From the NCBI GenBank assembly GCA_902795215.1, contig CADBKG010000005.1:6920-70919 (forward strand): a DNA stretch of 64,000 nt, written 5' to 3'. The first letter of the stretch is position 1. Each line of letters starts with the position of its first letter. A model generated the notes under the pieces. That model had not been told where the DNA came from and made no database searches. It was given only the letters and a program-made list of their open reading frames with translations. The translations under genes were made by a program, and so were the position numbers. This document shows positions 55,901 to 64,000 of this stretch, piece after piece. The stretch comes from an uncultured Erysipelotrichaceae bacterium (GTDB taxonomy: Bacteria; Bacillota_I; Bacilli_A; RF39; UBA660).

Positions 55901-56605
55901 GCTAAGATGGCAGATGATGGTAAAGTTACACTTATTAATGGTAGAACTGGTGAACCATTTGAAAACAAAGTCGCAGTTGGTGTTATGTACATGCTTAAAC
56001 TTCACCACATGGTTGATGATAAATTGCATGCACGTTCAACTGGTCCATACAGCTTAGTTACTCAAGAGCCTCTTGGTGGTAAAGCACAATTTGGTGGACA
56101 AAGATTTGGTGAAATGGAAGTTTGGGCATTATATGCTTATGGTGCAGCACATGTATTACAAGAAATGATGACTGTTAAATCAGATGATGTAATAGGTCGT
56201 GTTAAAGTATATGAAGCTCTTGTTAAAGGTAATAATGTAACAGCTTCTGGTATGCCAGAATCATTTAGAGTATTAATTAAAGAATTCCAAGCTTTAGGTC
56301 TTGATATCGAATTTATTGATAACGATGATGTTAGACATGAACTAAAAGATCTTGAAGATGAAGAAGATAAAGAAGAAAATGCGATTTCAATCGATGAAAT
56401 TGATTCTAAAACTCTTGAAATGATGAATGAAGTAAGTGAAGCTAAACTTGCTAAAAAAAGTGAACATAATAAAGATGAATCTGAAGAAGATATCGATGAA
56501 GAAGAAGGCGAATTAATCGAAGATGAAGAAGAAGACATCGAAGATACATTCGAAAGTGAAGAAGATATTATTGAAGATTTAAAGGAAATGGATGGTGAAG
56601 AATAA
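52934..56605 (+). CDS. rpoB: DNA-directed RNA polymerase subunit beta
   Basis: GTG 52934 after AGGGGA. Collinear with Firmicute RpoB ([53 protein letters not shown]); acidic C-terminal tail. Confidence 0.95.
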   Translation: MAYKKQKFGDHRERVTFSKTKNVLELSNLLDVQKKSYEDFLQKGIKEVFEDLFPVESFTGNVSLEFLDYYFDEPRYSVKETKERAVTYSAPMKVNARVFLNETGEVKEQEVFLGDLPMMTESGTFIINGVERVIQSQLVRSPSIYFAREVDKNGRPVISGQVIPNKGTWLEFEQDARDVLYIRIDRTRKVPLTTFLRAIGLSSNEDITRIFGENEFLNNTFEKDSTNNTDEALIEIYEKLRPGEPATLESAKNQLVTQFFDRFRYDLAKVGRYKYNKKLNVLDRLVGCKIAEDIKDGNKVIVKKGTLITKDLQNEIKPLFENGYGKKEVKINEELDKFNVVTEVLVYDKNDEEKVVKVIGNDQSILEKRLTISDVYGAVSYYLNLLGGIGSTDEIDHLGNRRVRQVGELVENQFRVGMARMERVIRERMTTQDLENVTPKSLINIRPVTAALKEFFGSSQLSKFMDQVNPIAELTDKRRLSSLGPGGLSRDRAGMDVRDVNPSHYGRICPVESPEGANIGLIASLSGYAKINEYGFIMTPYRKVVNKKLTDEIVYMTADEEQDYYITQATVPVNKDNEIEAKEVIVRFNGDDLLVKPEMVNYMDVAPSQIVSLTTSLIPFLDHDDGKRALMGSNMQRQAVPLLVTEAPYVGTGVEAAVAKYSGSSVVAKADGVVEYADSKRITVKTAKGEDNYTLVEFERSNDETCINQKPIVKIGDKVKRGEVIADGPSMDKGELAIGKNMVVAFMTFDGYNYEDAVILNERLVKDDAFTSIHLQHYEIECRDTKLGPEEITRDIPNISEEARKNLDKNGIIKIGTEVKENDILVGKVTPKGVQELTSEEKLLHAIFGEKTREVRDTSLRVPHGTYGIVHDIKVYTKENSDELGAGVSKIVRVYIVQKRKIQVGDKMSGRHGNKGVVSLVVPEEDMPYLPDGRPVDIMLNPMGVPSRMNLGQLLELHLGMAAKKLGVYTATPVFDGASIEEIEKMMKDAKMADDGKVTLINGRTGEPFENKVAVGVMYMLKLHHMVDDKLHARSTGPYSLVTQEPLGGKAQFGGQRFGEMEVWALYAYGAAHVLQEMMTVKSDDVIGRVKVYEALVKGNNVTASGMPESFRVLIKEFQALGLDIEFIDNDDVRHELKDLEDEEDKEENAISIDEIDSKTLEMMNEVSEAKLAKKSEHNKDESEEDIDEEEGELIEDEEEDIEDTFESEEDIIEDLKEMDGEE

Positions 56606-59600
56606 TGTTAGATATTAATAATTATAAAGGCATTAGAATTTCCATTGCCAGTCCTGATAAAATAAGAAGTTGGTCTTACGGAGAGGTTAAAAAACCTGAA
56701 ACTATAAATTATAGAACTTTAAGACCAGAAAGAGATGGATTATTTTGCGAAAAGATCTTTGGACCAACTAAGGATTATGAATGTTCTTGTGGTAAATACA
56801 AAAGATTAAGATATAAAAATGTAGTTTGTGATAGATGTGGAGTGGAAGTAACTCGTGCTAAAGTACGTCGTGAACGTATGGGACATATCGAGCTTGCTTC
56901 TCCATGTTCACACATTTGGTTCTTTAAAGGTGTTCCTTCTAAAATGGGATTAGTCCTTGATATGAGTCCTAGAGAACTAGAAGAAGTTATATATTTTGTA
57001 AGTTATGTTGTAATTGATCCAGGTAATGCACCTCTTGAGAAAAAACAAACTTTATCTGATAAAGAATACCGTGCTTACTATGAAAAATATGGAAATAGTT
57101 TTAAAGTAGGTATGGGAGCTGAAGCAATTAAAGAATTACTTTCTGAAGTTGATATTGAAGCTGAAATCGATGAAATCAGACATGAACTTGAAGGTGCAAC
57201 AGGTCAAAAGAAGATTAGACTTGGTAAAAGACTTGAATGTTTAGTAGCATTTCATGAATCTGGAAATAAACCAGAATGGATGATACTAGATGCAATTCCT
57301 GTATTACCACCTGAACTTAGACCAATGATTCAACTTGATGGTGGTAGATTTGCTACATCTGACTTAAACGATTTATATAGAAGAATTATTAATAGAAATA
57401 ATAGACTTAAAAAATTACTTGAACTTGGTGCACCAAGTATCATAGTTCAAAATGAAAAACGTATGCTTCAAGAAGCTGTTGATACATTATTTGATAATGG
57501 TAGACGTGGTAGAAGCGTAAGTGGAGCTGGAAATAGAGCTCTTAAGAGTTTATCAAGTGGTTTAAAAGGTAAACAAGGACGTTTCCGTCAAAACTTACTT
57601 GGTAAAAGAGTTGACTATTCTGGTCGTTCAGTTATTGCTGTTGGACCAAGCTTAAAGATTTATCAATGTGGTGTTCCAAAAGATATGGCTTTAGAGCTAT
57701 TTAAACCACATGTTATTCACGAGCTTGTCGAAAGAGGAATGGCTCACAATATTAAAGGCGCTAAAAAATTAATAGATAATAAAGATGAATGTGTATGGGA
57801 TATCGTTCAAGATGTTATTTCTGAACATCCAGTGCTTTTAAACCGTGCACCAACTCTTCATAGACTATCTATTCAAGCATTTGAACCAGTATTAATTGGT
57901 GGTAAAGCAATGCGTCTTCACCCAATGGTATGTTCAGGATTTAATGCTGACTTCGATGGTGACCAGATGGCTATTCACGTACCTCTTTCAGAAGAAGCAC
58001 AAGCTGAAGCTAGAGTACTTATGCTTGCATCTAACAATATCTTAAAACCTGCAGATGGAACTCCAGTAGTTACACCAGGACAAGATATGATTATAGGTAA
58101 TTATTATATTACTATTGAAGATGCAGGATTACCTAATGAAGGTAAAGTATATAAAAATTCAAGCGAAGCTTTAATGGCTTATGAAAGAAGAGAGATTAAA
58201 CTTCAAACTAGAATTGTATTACCTGTTAAATCATTTAGACATAAATTATTTACAGATGATCAAAAGAATAAATATTTAGTTACTACTGCAGGAAAAATTA
58301 TGTTTAATGAAATTCTTCCTGATACATTCCCTTATGTTAATGAACCAAGTAAAGAAAATATTGAAGGTATTACACCTGATAAATTCTTCTTAGAACCTGG
58401 CTCTAACTTTAGAGAAGAAGTTGCTAAAATGTCACTTACAGCACCTTTTGGTAAAAAGAATTTAAAAGCAATAATTGCACAAGTTTATGATAGATATAAA
58501 ACTACTGAAACTAGTGTATTCCTTGATAAATTAAAAGATTTAGGATTTAAATATTCTACAATATCAGGATTAACTATTTCAATTACTGATATATCTACAA
58601 GTAAACATAAACAAAAATTTATCGATGAGGGTCAAGCTGTAGTTGATAAAATTAATAAACAATTTACTCGTGGTTTAATTACTGACCAAGAACGTTACAA
58701 ACAAGTTTGTGATATATGGCAAGGTGTTACAAATAGAGTATCAGAAGAATTAAATGAAATCGCTGCACAAGATATGCATAATCCAGTATTTATGATGAAA
58801 AATTCTGGTGCGCGTGGATCTGATTCAAACTTCAACCAGATGAGTGGTATGCGTGGATTAATGGCTAAACCTAATGGTGAGTCACTAGAAATCCCAATTA
58901 CTTCTAACTTCCGTGAAGGATTATCAGTTAGTGAATTCTTCTTATCAAGTCATGGTACTAGAAAAGGTAATGCCGATACAGCCCTTAAAACTGCAAACTC
59001 AGGTTACTTAACTAGAAGACTTGTTGATGTTGTACAAGATATAATTGTTAGAGAGGATGATTGTGGCGCCGTTGCTGGTCTTAAAGTAAGTGCTATAGTT
59101 GATAAAAACTCTAACAGTGTAATCGAACCTTTACAAGAGAGAATAGTTGGTAGATACGCTGCTAAAAAGGTAATTGATCCTGAAACTAAGAAAGTTTTAG
59201 TTGAAAAAGACTGTGAAATAACTGAATCGATTGCTAAAAAGATTATTAAAGCTGGTATTGATACAGTTGAAATAAGAAGTATTCTAACATGTAAATGTGA
59301 CCATGGAGTATGTCGTAAATGTTATGGTAGAAACCTTGCAACTGGACTTACAGTTGAAAAAGGTGAAGCAGTTGGTATTATGGCTGCCCAATCAATTGGT
59401 GAACCTGGTACACAGCTTACAATGCGTACTTTCCACGAAGGTGGAGTTGCGGGTGCTGGAGATATCACACAAGGTTTACCACGTGTTGAAGAATTATTTG
59501 AAGCACGTACTCCAAAAGGAAAATCTACTATTAGTGAAATAACTGGTAAAGTAACTGTTATTGAACCAACTAATGGTAAATATAAAGTTGTAGTAGAAAA

Positions 59601-60282
59601 TGATGTAACTGCTAAAGAACACATTACAAGCTATGCTGCAAAACTAACTGTAGAAGTAGGGGATGAAGTAAATGCAGGTGATAAACTTACTGAAGGTGCT
59701 ATTAGTCCTAAAGAATTACTTGCTGTTACTGACCCACTAACTACTCAAAACTATATCTTAGATGAAGTACAAAAAGTATATAAATCTCAAGGTGTAGATG
59801 TTTCTGATAAACATATCGAAATAATTGCAAGTAGAATGATAAATAAGATGCGTGTAGTTGAATCTAATGATTCAGATATGGTCGCAGGACTTACAATTTC
59901 AATAAGAGAATTCGCTGAAAGAAATAAATCAGTACTTCTTAAGGGAGGCGTTCCTGCAACTGGTAGACCAGTACTTCTTGGTATTACTAAATCAAGTCTT
60001 GAAACTGATTCATTCTTATCTGCAGCATCATTCCAAGAAACAACAAGAGTTCTTACTGATGCATCATTAAAGGGTAAGACTGATTATCTAAAAGGTCTTA
60101 AAGAAAACGTTATCGTTGGTAAATTAATTCCAGCTGGTACAGGCGCAAAGGAATATTCAGATTTAGAAGTTACACTTGTTAATGAATCTTTAAAAGAAGA
60201 TCCAAGCGAAGTATTAGAAGAAAAATTTATGGATGATAGTGAAGATACTGCAATTACAAGCACTGCAGTTGAAGCAGAATAA
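56605..60282 (+). CDS. rpoC: DNA-directed RNA polymerase subunit beta'
   Basis: Zn finger [23 protein letters not shown], catalytic NADFDGDQM, trigger loop and bridge helix regions; start overlaps the rpoB stop (TAATG). Confidence 0.95.
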   Translation: MLDINNYKGIRISIASPDKIRSWSYGEVKKPETINYRTLRPERDGLFCEKIFGPTKDYECSCGKYKRLRYKNVVCDRCGVEVTRAKVRRERMGHIELASPCSHIWFFKGVPSKMGLVLDMSPRELEEVIYFVSYVVIDPGNAPLEKKQTLSDKEYRAYYEKYGNSFKVGMGAEAIKELLSEVDIEAEIDEIRHELEGATGQKKIRLGKRLECLVAFHESGNKPEWMILDAIPVLPPELRPMIQLDGGRFATSDLNDLYRRIINRNNRLKKLLELGAPSIIVQNEKRMLQEAVDTLFDNGRRGRSVSGAGNRALKSLSSGLKGKQGRFRQNLLGKRVDYSGRSVIAVGPSLKIYQCGVPKDMALELFKPHVIHELVERGMAHNIKGAKKLIDNKDECVWDIVQDVISEHPVLLNRAPTLHRLSIQAFEPVLIGGKAMRLHPMVCSGFNADFDGDQMAIHVPLSEEAQAEARVLMLASNNILKPADGTPVVTPGQDMIIGNYYITIEDAGLPNEGKVYKNSSEALMAYERREIKLQTRIVLPVKSFRHKLFTDDQKNKYLVTTAGKIMFNEILPDTFPYVNEPSKENIEGITPDKFFLEPGSNFREEVAKMSLTAPFGKKNLKAIIAQVYDRYKTTETSVFLDKLKDLGFKYSTISGLTISITDISTSKHKQKFIDEGQAVVDKINKQFTRGLITDQERYKQVCDIWQGVTNRVSEELNEIAAQDMHNPVFMMKNSGARGSDSNFNQMSGMRGLMAKPNGESLEIPITSNFREGLSVSEFFLSSHGTRKGNADTALKTANSGYLTRRLVDVVQDIIVREDDCGAVAGLKVSAIVDKNSNSVIEPLQERIVGRYAAKKVIDPETKKVLVEKDCEITESIAKKIIKAGIDTVEIRSILTCKCDHGVCRKCYGRNLATGLTVEKGEAVGIMAAQSIGEPGTQLTMRTFHEGGVAGAGDITQGLPRVEELFEARTPKGKSTISEITGKVTVIEPTNGKYKVVVENDVTAKEHITSYAAKLTVEVGDEVNAGDKLTEGAISPKELLAVTDPLTTQNYILDEVQKVYKSQGVDVSDKHIEIIASRMINKMRVVESNDSDMVAGLTISIREFAERNKSVLLKGGVPATGRPVLLGITKSSLETDSFLSAASFQETTRVLTDASLKGKTDYLKGLKENVIVGKLIPAGTGAKEYSDLEVTLVNESLKEDPSEVLEEKFMDDSEDTAITSTAVEAE

Positions 60283-60310
60283 AAAGTGTGAAATCAATCA
60301 CACTTTTTTT
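60281..60310 (+). terminator. rpoC rho-independent terminator
   Basis: AAAAAGTGTGA-aatcaa-TCACACTTTTT plus T-run. Confidence 0.75.
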
Positions 60311-60352
60311 ATAAATATTTAGATTTCGCATATACTATTAATGATATACTAT

Positions 60353-60381
60353 TTGACATTTTCATAAAAAAGTAGTATATT
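60353..60381 (+). promoter_or_regulatory. consensus sigma-A promoter of the type III TA-like module
   Basis: TTGACA (60353-60358), 17 nt, TATATT (60376-60381). Confidence 0.6.
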
Positions 60382-60402
60382 TATATTGCCATTTACAATG
60401 GT

Positions 60403-60508
60403 GAAAATGTTTTCCGCTTCTGGATGGTGCGGATGATAAGTGATTCCAGGCGACAATGTTTTTCGCTTCCAGGTGGTGCGACTAATAAATGATCCTGGTT
60501 GAAAATGT
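60403..60508 (+). ncRNA. tandem 49-nt RNA repeats (2 complete + start of a third): candidate type III antitoxin RNA
   Basis: Units 60403-60451 and 60452-60500 (34/49 identical by hand alignment). Each starts GA(A/C)AATGT, which recurs at 60501. Hairpin CCGC/GCGG vs TCGC/GCGA. Loop pentamer CTGGA vs CCAGG pairs with downstream TCCAG vs CCTGG. Confidence 0.65.
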
Positions 60509-60512
60509 AAGA

Positions 60513-60541
60513 AACTTCATCACTTGATGGAGTTTTCTTTT
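60513..60541 (+). terminator. attenuator/terminator hairpin between the repeats and the toxin ORF
   Basis: AACTTCATC-actt-GATGGAGTT then TTCTTTT. Confidence 0.55.
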
Positions 60542-60575
60542 GATTTATGATATACTTTCTTGGGAGATGATATTC

Positions 60576-61043
60576 ATGAAAATTAAAACAGGCTATTTAT
60601 ATCACATAAAAGATGAATATTTTGATTTGGTAAACGATGAAAGCTTAATGCAAAATCACGAAAGGGGCAAGAAAAGGCCGACATATTTTACGATAAAAGA
60701 CAGGGATATATTATGGTTTATACCTATAAGTTCTAAAGTTGATAAATACCAAAAAATTATAGATAAAAAAATAGAAAAATATGGATTTTGTAATACTATA
60801 ATTATTAGGAGAATTGCTGATGAAGATGCAGCAATTCTATTACAAAACGCCTTTCCAACTTTGGAGAAATATATTGATCATGTACATACAATAGATGGTG
60901 TCCCATTTAAAGTTCCAACAGATTTACAGCATGAAATAAAAAGTATGTTTAAAAATATGATTGGTCTAAAGAAAAGAGGAACTAATTTGTTTTTTTCTGA
61001 TATAGATAATTTAAAAGTGAAAATGTTAGAAGAATTACAGTAA
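60576..61043 (+). CDS. ToxN/AbiQ-like type III toxin (endoribonuclease) candidate
   Basis: GGGAGA RBS then ATG 60576; 155 aa. YLYHIKDEYFDLVND, KKRPTYFTI, WFIPISSKVDKY and ILLQNAFPT follow the ToxN/AbiQ pattern (FYTISSKYIEYLKEFD, YLAPLTSPK, INLKFMIPI). Context of upstream RNA repeats. Confidence 0.6.
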   Translation: MKIKTGYLYHIKDEYFDLVNDESLMQNHERGKKRPTYFTIKDRDILWFIPISSKVDKYQKIIDKKIEKYGFCNTIIIRRIADEDAAILLQNAFPTLEKYIDHVHTIDGVPFKVPTDLQHEIKSMFKNMIGLKKRGTNLFFSDIDNLKVKMLEELQ

Positions 61044-61050
61044 TCATATA

Positions 61051-61085
61051 AAAAAACTTAAGTATCAAAGTGCTTAAGTTTTTTT
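61051..61085. terminator. bidirectional terminator
   Basis: AAAAAACTTAAG...CTTAAGTTTTTT between convergent genes. Confidence 0.7.
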
Positions 61086-61634
61086 CTATATAGCTCTATA
61101 ATGGTTAGCATCTTTATATGGATTCTTCTTATCAATTTTATCTACAAATAAGATGCCATTTAAGTGATCAATTTCATGTTGGAAAGCAATTGCTAAATCT
61201 TCTCTAACTCTGTAAGTAAATAGATTACCTTCTTCATCATAAGCTTCTATTTTCGCTCTAGCGTATCTTGGAACAATTCCTTCAACCTCACGGTTTACGG
61301 ATAAACATCCTTCGCCTTCTTCAACATAAATCATTTCTTCACTATGGGATATAATTTTTGGATTAATAATTACATAATTCTCAAATTTTCCTTTATCAAG
61401 TTCATTACATATAACAAATATTCTTTTAAGTTTACCAAGTTGAGGGAAAGCAAGTCCCATTCCAGGTCTAAGACCATATTTTTCAGAAACTTCTTCTATT
61501 TGACTTAGTTTTAAATACTCAAGAGCATCTTTAATAAGCTTTTTATCCTCTTCTGGAAGAGGAAATGTAACTTCTTTACTTACTTTATGTAATAATTTAT
61601 CTTTTTCATCTAAAATTTTAATATCAGGAATCAT
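61086..61634 (-). CDS. def: peptide deformylase
   Basis: GGGGTGAG RBS then ATG 61634; motifs GLAFPQLG, EGCLS and HEIDHLNG. Confidence 0.9.
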   Translation of the reverse strand: MIPDIKILDEKDKLLHKVSKEVTFPLPEEDKKLIKDALEYLKLSQIEEVSEKYGLRPGMGLAFPQLGKLKRIFVICNELDKGKFENYVIINPKIISHSEEMIYVEEGEGCLSVNREVEGIVPRYARAKIEAYDEEGNLFTYRVREDLAIAFQHEIDHLNGILFVDKIDKKNPYKDANHYRAI

Positions 61635-61752
61635 TATACTCACCCCTTTAGTCATCAAGTATTTTACCAAATTTAGGCCAAAAATTCAATAATTATGCAT
61701 AAATATTTAACAAAAGATAAAAATTATGCTAAACTTATAATAGGTGAGGTAT

Positions 61753-62712
61753 ATGGCAAGTAAGAAAAAATTAAAACTTAAAAAGGGAGTTAAAAAGAGA
61801 TTATTTAGATTAATACTTGTCTTAATTGTTATTATTCTTGGTATAAAGGGATTAAGTATATATAAATATCATCAAACATATGAATATAAGCTTATTCAAA
61901 TTGGATATACAAAAGAAGAAGCTAATAAACTAGAAGATAAAATTTCTAAAGAAGGAATAGAAAATCTTTTAAAGGATGATTCTAGGGATGATGATGTATT
62001 AGCTTTAGTAAGCGAAAAATACTATTTAAAAAGGAATTATGATTTATATTTAGATTATTATAAACATAATAAAAGTGATTCTTTTGAAAAAATAGTTGCA
62101 AAGGTTAATGCTGGTGCTTATAGAGAATTTTATAAAGATACACAGGAAACTGATACTAGTAAAGATATATTAGTGCTAGTAAATAAATATAAAGTTCTAA
62201 CAGAAGATTATGAAGTAAATGATTTAAAAAAGATTCCTGCTGAATATTCATATGGAGAAGTTGAAGCTAGGGAAGAATGTTATAATGCGTATTTAAAAAT
62301 GGCAAAAGCAGCTAAAAAAGATGGCATTTCTTTAATAGTTACAAGTGGATATAGAACATATGCCCGTCAAGAAGAAATATATATGGAAATGCGTAATAGT
62401 CAAGGTAAAAGATATGCAGATGCATATGCAGCAAGACCAGGTTCCAGCGAGCATGAAACAGGTCTAGCATTAGACGTATTTACATATTCAGCAACTACCG
62501 AAAATTTTGAGAAAACCGAAACCTATAAATGGCTTAATAAAAATGCTCATAAATATGGTTTTATAAGAAGATATGAGGAAGGAAAAGCTGATATAACAGG
62601 TTATAGTCCTGAAAGTTGGCATTTTAGATACTTAGGTGTTGACACAGCTACTAAAGTTAAAAACGCAGGCATAACTTATGAAGAATACTATGCTTATTAC
62701 ATAGAAAAATAA
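61753..62712 (+). CDS. VanY/M15B-family D-alanyl-D-alanine carboxypeptidase with N-terminal TM anchor
   Basis: AGGTGAGG RBS then ATG 61753; SGYRTYARQ, SSEHETGLALDV, ESWHFRYLG. Confidence 0.8.
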   Translation: MASKKKLKLKKGVKKRLFRLILVLIVIILGIKGLSIYKYHQTYEYKLIQIGYTKEEANKLEDKISKEGIENLLKDDSRDDDVLALVSEKYYLKRNYDLYLDYYKHNKSDSFEKIVAKVNAGAYREFYKDTQETDTSKDILVLVNKYKVLTEDYEVNDLKKIPAEYSYGEVEAREECYNAYLKMAKAAKKDGISLIVTSGYRTYARQEEIYMEMRNSQGKRYADAYAARPGSSEHETGLALDVFTYSATTENFEKTETYKWLNKNAHKYGFIRRYEEGKADITGYSPESWHFRYLGVDTATKVKNAGITYEEYYAYYIEK

Positions 62713-62726
62713 TCGCTATCAAGCGA

Positions 62727-63200
62727 TTATTTTGTTTTTTCTTTTTCTTTTATTTTAATTTCATCACAAACATCAAGGTCTGAAAAAGAACCAAATATAT
62801 CTAAAAAATCATATAATTTAAAACTTGAATATCCGTTTTCATCAACTTTTACTTCAAATTCCTCAGAATTAACTAAATCATCAGATGGAATAGTGTCATG
62901 TGTGAAAACATAATCGTCATAATATTTAACTTTTACTATACTTTTACCTCGTTCATTTAATTTAACGATGATATCATCATTTTCTAATAAATCAAGATCG
63001 TTATTATATAATTTAGAAACTGTAACTAAATCAAGCTTTGAATATCCATTTTCATCTACCTTAACTTCAAATTCTTCTGAATCAACTTCTTCATTTGATG
63101 GGTACATTGAATTGTTGTTTTGGTAGTCTTTTTTGAATTTTTCTTTCAAATAATTTATTCCTTCTTCAGTTAATTTTACATTTAATTTTATATTTTCCAT
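62727..63200 (-). CDS. hypothetical acidic protein with internal duplication
   Basis: AGGAGGA RBS; two ~70-aa repeats (VDSEEFEVKVDENGYSKLDL / VNSEEFEVKVDENGYSSFKL). Confidence 0.5.
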   Translation of the reverse strand: MENIKLNVKLTEEGINYLKEKFKKDYQNNNSMYPSNEEVDSEEFEVKVDENGYSKLDLVTVSKLYNNDLDLLENDDIIVKLNERGKSIVKVKYYDDYVFTHDTIPSDDLVNSEEFEVKVDENGYSSFKLYDFLDIFGSFSDLDVCDEIKIKEKEKTK

Positions 63201-63272
63201 ATATCCTCCTGATTATAGAATAGCACAAAATCAGAATGATTACAAATTTTTATAAATTAGGTATATATTTCC

Positions 63273-63302
63273 TTGGCAATAAATAGACATATATGGTATA
63301 AT
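63273..63302 (+). promoter_or_regulatory. sigma-A promoter (extended -10)
   Basis: TTGGCA (63273-63278), 18 nt, TGgTATAAT (TATAAT 63297-63302). Confidence 0.45.
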
Positions 63303-63365
63303 TGTCATAGTAAGATAAAAAATGGAGGATACCATTTGAGTGTATATGTTGTTGGTGAATAGAAG

Positions 63366-64000
63366 TTGAGAAAAGTAGTAGAGGATAATAAAAACTTAAT
63401 TTTTAGTATTTCTAAAATTATGATAGTGATTTTAGCTTTTTTCGTGTGTTTTTCACTATCAAATAAACCAAACGAAAAAGAAATAAACACTAATCAAAAA
63501 AATTATAAAGTATACTTACAAACAAAAAATGGATATGAATTATCAAATAGTAAGTTATTCCCAAAAGCAGGATATGTATTAAATACTACAAAAAGTACAT
63601 GCACTGGTGGTGGAACCCTAACTCAAAAAGAGAACTATAGTATTTCGTTTGTAGGAGAAGCACAAAATTGTACATTATACTTTGATACAACAGATGTAAA
63701 TACATATACAATTAGTTTTAATGCCCATGGTGGAAGTACTCCTTCATCTATATCAAAAGAAGAAGGCCAAGAAGTAGGAACCCTTCCAACTTCAACAAGA
63801 GAAGGATATACATTTGAAGGTTGGTATACAGCCGAGACTGGCGGATTAAAAGTAGAATCAAATTATCAAATGCCAAGAGCAAATTTAGAACTTCATGCGC
63901 ATTGGAAAATAAATGAATATGAAGTAACATATAACTCAATTGATACTGGTGGAACAACTTCAGCAATAAAGAAGAAATTTAATTATGGAACAAATATAGA
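63366..64000 (+). CDS. surface protein with Listeria-Bacteroides (Flg_new-type) repeats, 3'-partial
   Basis: Open frame to the window end, not in the ORF track (no early ATG). TM/signal IMIVILAFFVCFSLS; repeat ISFNAHGGSTPSSI...GTLPTSTREGYTFEGWYTAETG...LELHAHW. Start uncertain (TTG 63366, ATG 63420; see finding on the in-frame TAG). Confidence 0.6.
   Translation, partial: MRKVVEDNKNLIFSISKIMIVILAFFVCFSLSNKPNEKEINTNQKNYKVYLQTKNGYELSNSKLFPKAGYVLNTTKSTCTGGGTLTQKENYSISFVGEAQNCTLYFDTTDVNTYTISFNAHGGSTPSSISKEEGQEVGTLPTSTREGYTFEGWYTAETGGLKVESNYQMPRANLELHAHWKINEYEVTYNSIDTGGTTSAIKKKFNYGTNI

Noticed and set aside
56325-56602. Long acidic C-terminal tail of RpoB ([11 protein letters not shown]...[15 protein letters not shown]) as an unusual extension
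   Set aside because: Firmicute RpoB proteins, including that of B. subtilis, commonly end in an acidic tail. This one is somewhat longer but not qualitatively different.
60403-60500. The tandem structured elements as a tandem riboswitch (fluoride/crcB-like GAUGG..., preQ1-like or guanidine-II-like mini-hairpins)
   Set aside because: Conserved cores of those classes are not matched (no ACGR loops, no crcB CUGAUGA..CCU arrangement). The downstream gene is not a transporter or biosynthetic gene but a ToxN/AbiQ-like ORF. Repeats plus attenuator fit a type III antitoxin better.

Overview
Strongly AT-rich (judged by eye, not computed) chromosomal window from a spore-forming low-GC Firmicute (Bacillota). 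Coding density is high and mostly on the + strand. All family calls come from hand motif recognition; no searches were run. Housekeeping content: a ytxG/ytxH-like pair, a cysteine desulfurase with a thioredoxin/CcdA-like thiol-disulfide module, helD, yqeG-yqeH and mutL. Also two pairs of M16B (insulinase-like) peptidases, an orphan PilB/GspE ATPase, prsW, spoVS, sufB, rnhC and a rhomboid protease. Also a cotJ operon (fused cotJA/JB plus cotJC), mraZ-rsmH-ftsL-PBP2B/SpoVD, five tRNAs (His; Lys-Ile-Glu; Thr), rpoB-rpoC, def, a VanY-type carboxypeptidase and a CotY/CotZ-type cysteine-rich spore protein. Accessory content: a class B sortase with a ~1960-codon vWFA/MucBP-like repeat adhesin that carries a PPQTG sorting signal and is split by a 1-nt frameshift. 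Also two SLH-domain cell-wall hydrolases without signal peptides, three tandem M3-like HExxH paralogues, and a four-gene operon of unknown paralogues upstream of helD. Two signals stand out. (i) A complete type III toxin-antitoxin-like module sits directly after rpoC: consensus promoter, 2.1 x 49-nt RNA repeats whose pseudoknot is supported by compensatory changes, an attenuator hairpin, and a ToxN/AbiQ-like ORF. (ii) A convergent small-ORF/small-RNA module resembling a type I TA locus lies at 32.6-33.0 kb. No rRNA, CRISPR array, transposase or integrase was seen.
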